A DNA stretch of 63,985 nucleotides, counting the filler, from Psammoneis japonica (taxonomy: Eukaryota): the NCBI GenBank assembly GCA_008632985.1. It is 3 parts of 3 records of this genome, joined end to end, with 100 filler letters (N's around TTAATTAATTAA, not from the genome) between each part and the next. Parts side by side here need not be neighbours in the genome. Positions count along the whole stretch, not along the records: positions 55,324 to 63,985 come from QPGO01000539.1; 2 more parts are not named here. One strand, written 5' to 3'. This document shows positions 61,883-63,985 of the stretch, in pieces. A model generated the notes under the pieces. The model saw nothing but the letters and a program-made list of their open reading frames with translations, ran no database searches and was not told the DNA's origin. Both the position numbers and the translations under genes were made by a program. Numbering within the stretch: the first letter of the stretch is position 1; each line of letters begins with the position of its first letter.

Positions 61883-62205
61883 CCCTGATTATCATAGAAA
61901 ATCTGTACGAAAATCAAAATCTGTAGCCCTACCTATTTTTGAGGGGCTTGAAAAAATCTGTACCTATTCTGAACGGAAATCTGGAATCCGTACCCCAGTA
62001 CAAATGTACGTAGGATGTACGTAGAACGCGCCAGGCCTACCTGGGAAGGGGTTCTTCAAATCTGAGAAAATCCAAAGCCAGTTTTAGCGAAATCAATGAA
62101 AATCTATACTTTTTGAGAATCTGTACCTATTTCTCCGGAAGCCTTGAAAATCTGTACCTGTTTTTAACCAAAATCTGGAGTACAGATTTTCTATGATAAT
62201 CAGGG
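61883..62205. mobile_element. MITE, Tc1/mariner-type
   Basis: Perfect 26-bp TIR ccctgattatcatagaaaatctgtac, TA target duplication on both sides, internal repeats of aaatctgtac. Confidence 0.9.
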
Positions 62206-62375
62206 TATGCCGCTTCTTCAAATTTCGTATTATTTCTCTAAATTAATGTATTGTTGCGTGAGACTTTGAAATGAAATTGCAAGATGTACTTGTGACGGTC
62301 TGGCTGTTGCTAAGTTCTCCCGATACGATCACTATTCTAGAGCTAGAGAGACAGTCAAACCCTTTCAATTTCAAT

Positions 62376-63145
62376 CTAGAAGCCAGCGTTAAAATCAATC
62401 GGATAGCCAGCCAACGAGTTGATGACATAAGGATCATGCGTGGGGAGCATTTCGTGGACCATTAATCCCAGAATCCCCATCATTGCCGCACGGCCATTGT
62501 TAAGCTCAATGCCCCGCTTACGTTCTTGCTCTTCAGGAGAAAAGGTGTCCCAACCGAGATCGAAGGCCTCGTTCCTAAAGTCTCCCACAAGCTCGCTACC
62601 AACGAGGTCTTTCATCACTGCCAACTCGAGAAGACCGCAGAAGAGAAAGATCTGCAAGAGCCCAGCCGGCGGGACCTTGGAAAGCGCCGCAATTCCAGCT
62701 TTGGAGAAGAAAACAAATCAGACGCATGTTTTAGTAACTGGCATAGTATAGGTGAAGCTTTCAAAAGAGGAATGAATGGAGCACATATTGACTATTCGAT
62801 ATTAGAGAACAGCTGCAAAACCGACTTACTTGGGATAGAGTCAAACGAGGTGCCATGGTAATCAATGTCACCGGGAAGACGAACTCCGCCGGTCGTGACG
62901 ATATGTCCGAGCACAGCGAGCATCGAAACACGACCATGCTTCAGCTCAACATAGCGCAGGCGGTTGAAACGAGCGTCATCGGCATCATCCAGCAGGCCGA
63001 GGGGGTCGAAGAATCCAAGTGGCGGTTGCGCGCCCAGCTCATTTTCAAAGGACATCTTGGTAGACACAGAGGTGCCCACTCCCGTCTGAGACGGTGCGAA
63101 TGCCGCAGTGGCGGTAGCAAAGAGCGGTAGGATGGAAAGTCTCAT
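62376..63145 (-). CDS. Lhcf: Fucoxanthin chlorophyll a/c light-harvesting protein; intron 62699-62829
   Basis: Signal peptide + AAFAP, FENELGAQPPLGFFDPLG, ELKHGRVSML, ELNNGRAAMMGILG. Confidence 0.95.
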
Positions 63146-63985
63146 GGTGCCTGGCTTTGTTTTGCTCTGAAGTGACCGGCCGAGTTGCACTGCAACACAA
63201 GATCTCTTGCGAGCCCTGTCCTTGGCGAGCCGCCGCGAAAAGATCCAAAAGATTTTCGAGAATAACCCGGATGTTGGATGCTGGATGTTGAATGTCAAAT
63301 AAAATGGACGACGACTCATGACTGACCTTGAACCTCTCGTACAAACTATTCTGCTTTGATTGCTTTTTCGCTCTTCTTGTGTTCACTGTTGATTGTCGCA
63401 CGGTTGTATCTGACTTGTGTTGCATGAATGGGAGATGCAACCAGCGGAGCCATGGATAGAGCGACGGAGAATGTGGTGACGATGGAAAACGCTGATAGTC
63501 TGAGAGCAGAACACGAGAAGCAACGTATGAATCTCACCTCAATCCATCAGAAAGCGTTGGCTCGTCTTTTTCCTCCTTTGGACTCGACGAAAACCGGTGC
63601 AAGAAAGATTTCCAACAAATCAAAGAATTGCAAAAGAAGCGAAACAAGCTGAGGGATCGTCGAATTTTCCTTTTCTCAGAAATCAAAAGGCTTGAAGCCA
63701 CAGAGATTTGCTCCAGTGTGGCGTTTGATCTGACTGGGGTGCGAGGGAGCTCGAATCTACCTTTTGTACGTTCCTACTCTAGTAGTCGCCCTTCGCAATT
63801 AGATGATAACGCGAAGGACGATTTCTATCAAGATCTAGCAACAAGATGAAGAATATCCGTTCCAAACGAAGAGTTGTTGGTGCTCACTGCGTTTCCGGGA
63901 TATCCCTTTTGCCCCGTAAGGATGACAGCACTTTTGGTGTTCGTTTCGACATTGCTGTCAAAGGACGCTACAGTACCGGTCACGT

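Noticed and set aside
63428..63985. Possible gene start on the + strand
   Set aside because: Short ORFs without recognisable motifs at the window edge.

Overview
Eukaryotic DNA, very likely from a diatom (intron-containing fucoxanthin-chlorophyll a/c protein gene with an AFAP plastid-targeting motif, DNMT5, diatom-type Copia remnant). The window appears to be three contigs joined by artificial N-TTAATTAATTAA-N linkers (about 1-27620, 27721-55223, 55324-63985). Host genes are DNMT5 (methyltransferase plus SNF2 ATPase), SHQ1, tRNA-Ser(GCU), a DusA-type dihydrouridine synthase and an Lhcf/FCP. Between them lie a Harbinger/ISL2EU-like remnant, a Ty3/Gypsy element, and an endonuclease-less Penelope-like element with hammerhead ribozymes. 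A ~25-kb subtelomeric block carries a RecQ telomere-linked-helicase-like gene with possible tyrosine-recombinase motifs plus GNAT, papain-like and 2OG-Fe(II) dioxygenase-like ORFs, and ends in satellite DNA, a Copia remnant and a TTAGGG telomere. The strongest signal is that repeat-derived DNA has been almost stripped of TpA by TA->TG/CA changes (Tyr->Cys/His; TTAGGG->TTGGGG/TCAGGG), with sharp borders against host genes. This looks like a repeat-targeted hypermutation process opposite in direction to fungal RIP. All composition statements are by eye, not computed.
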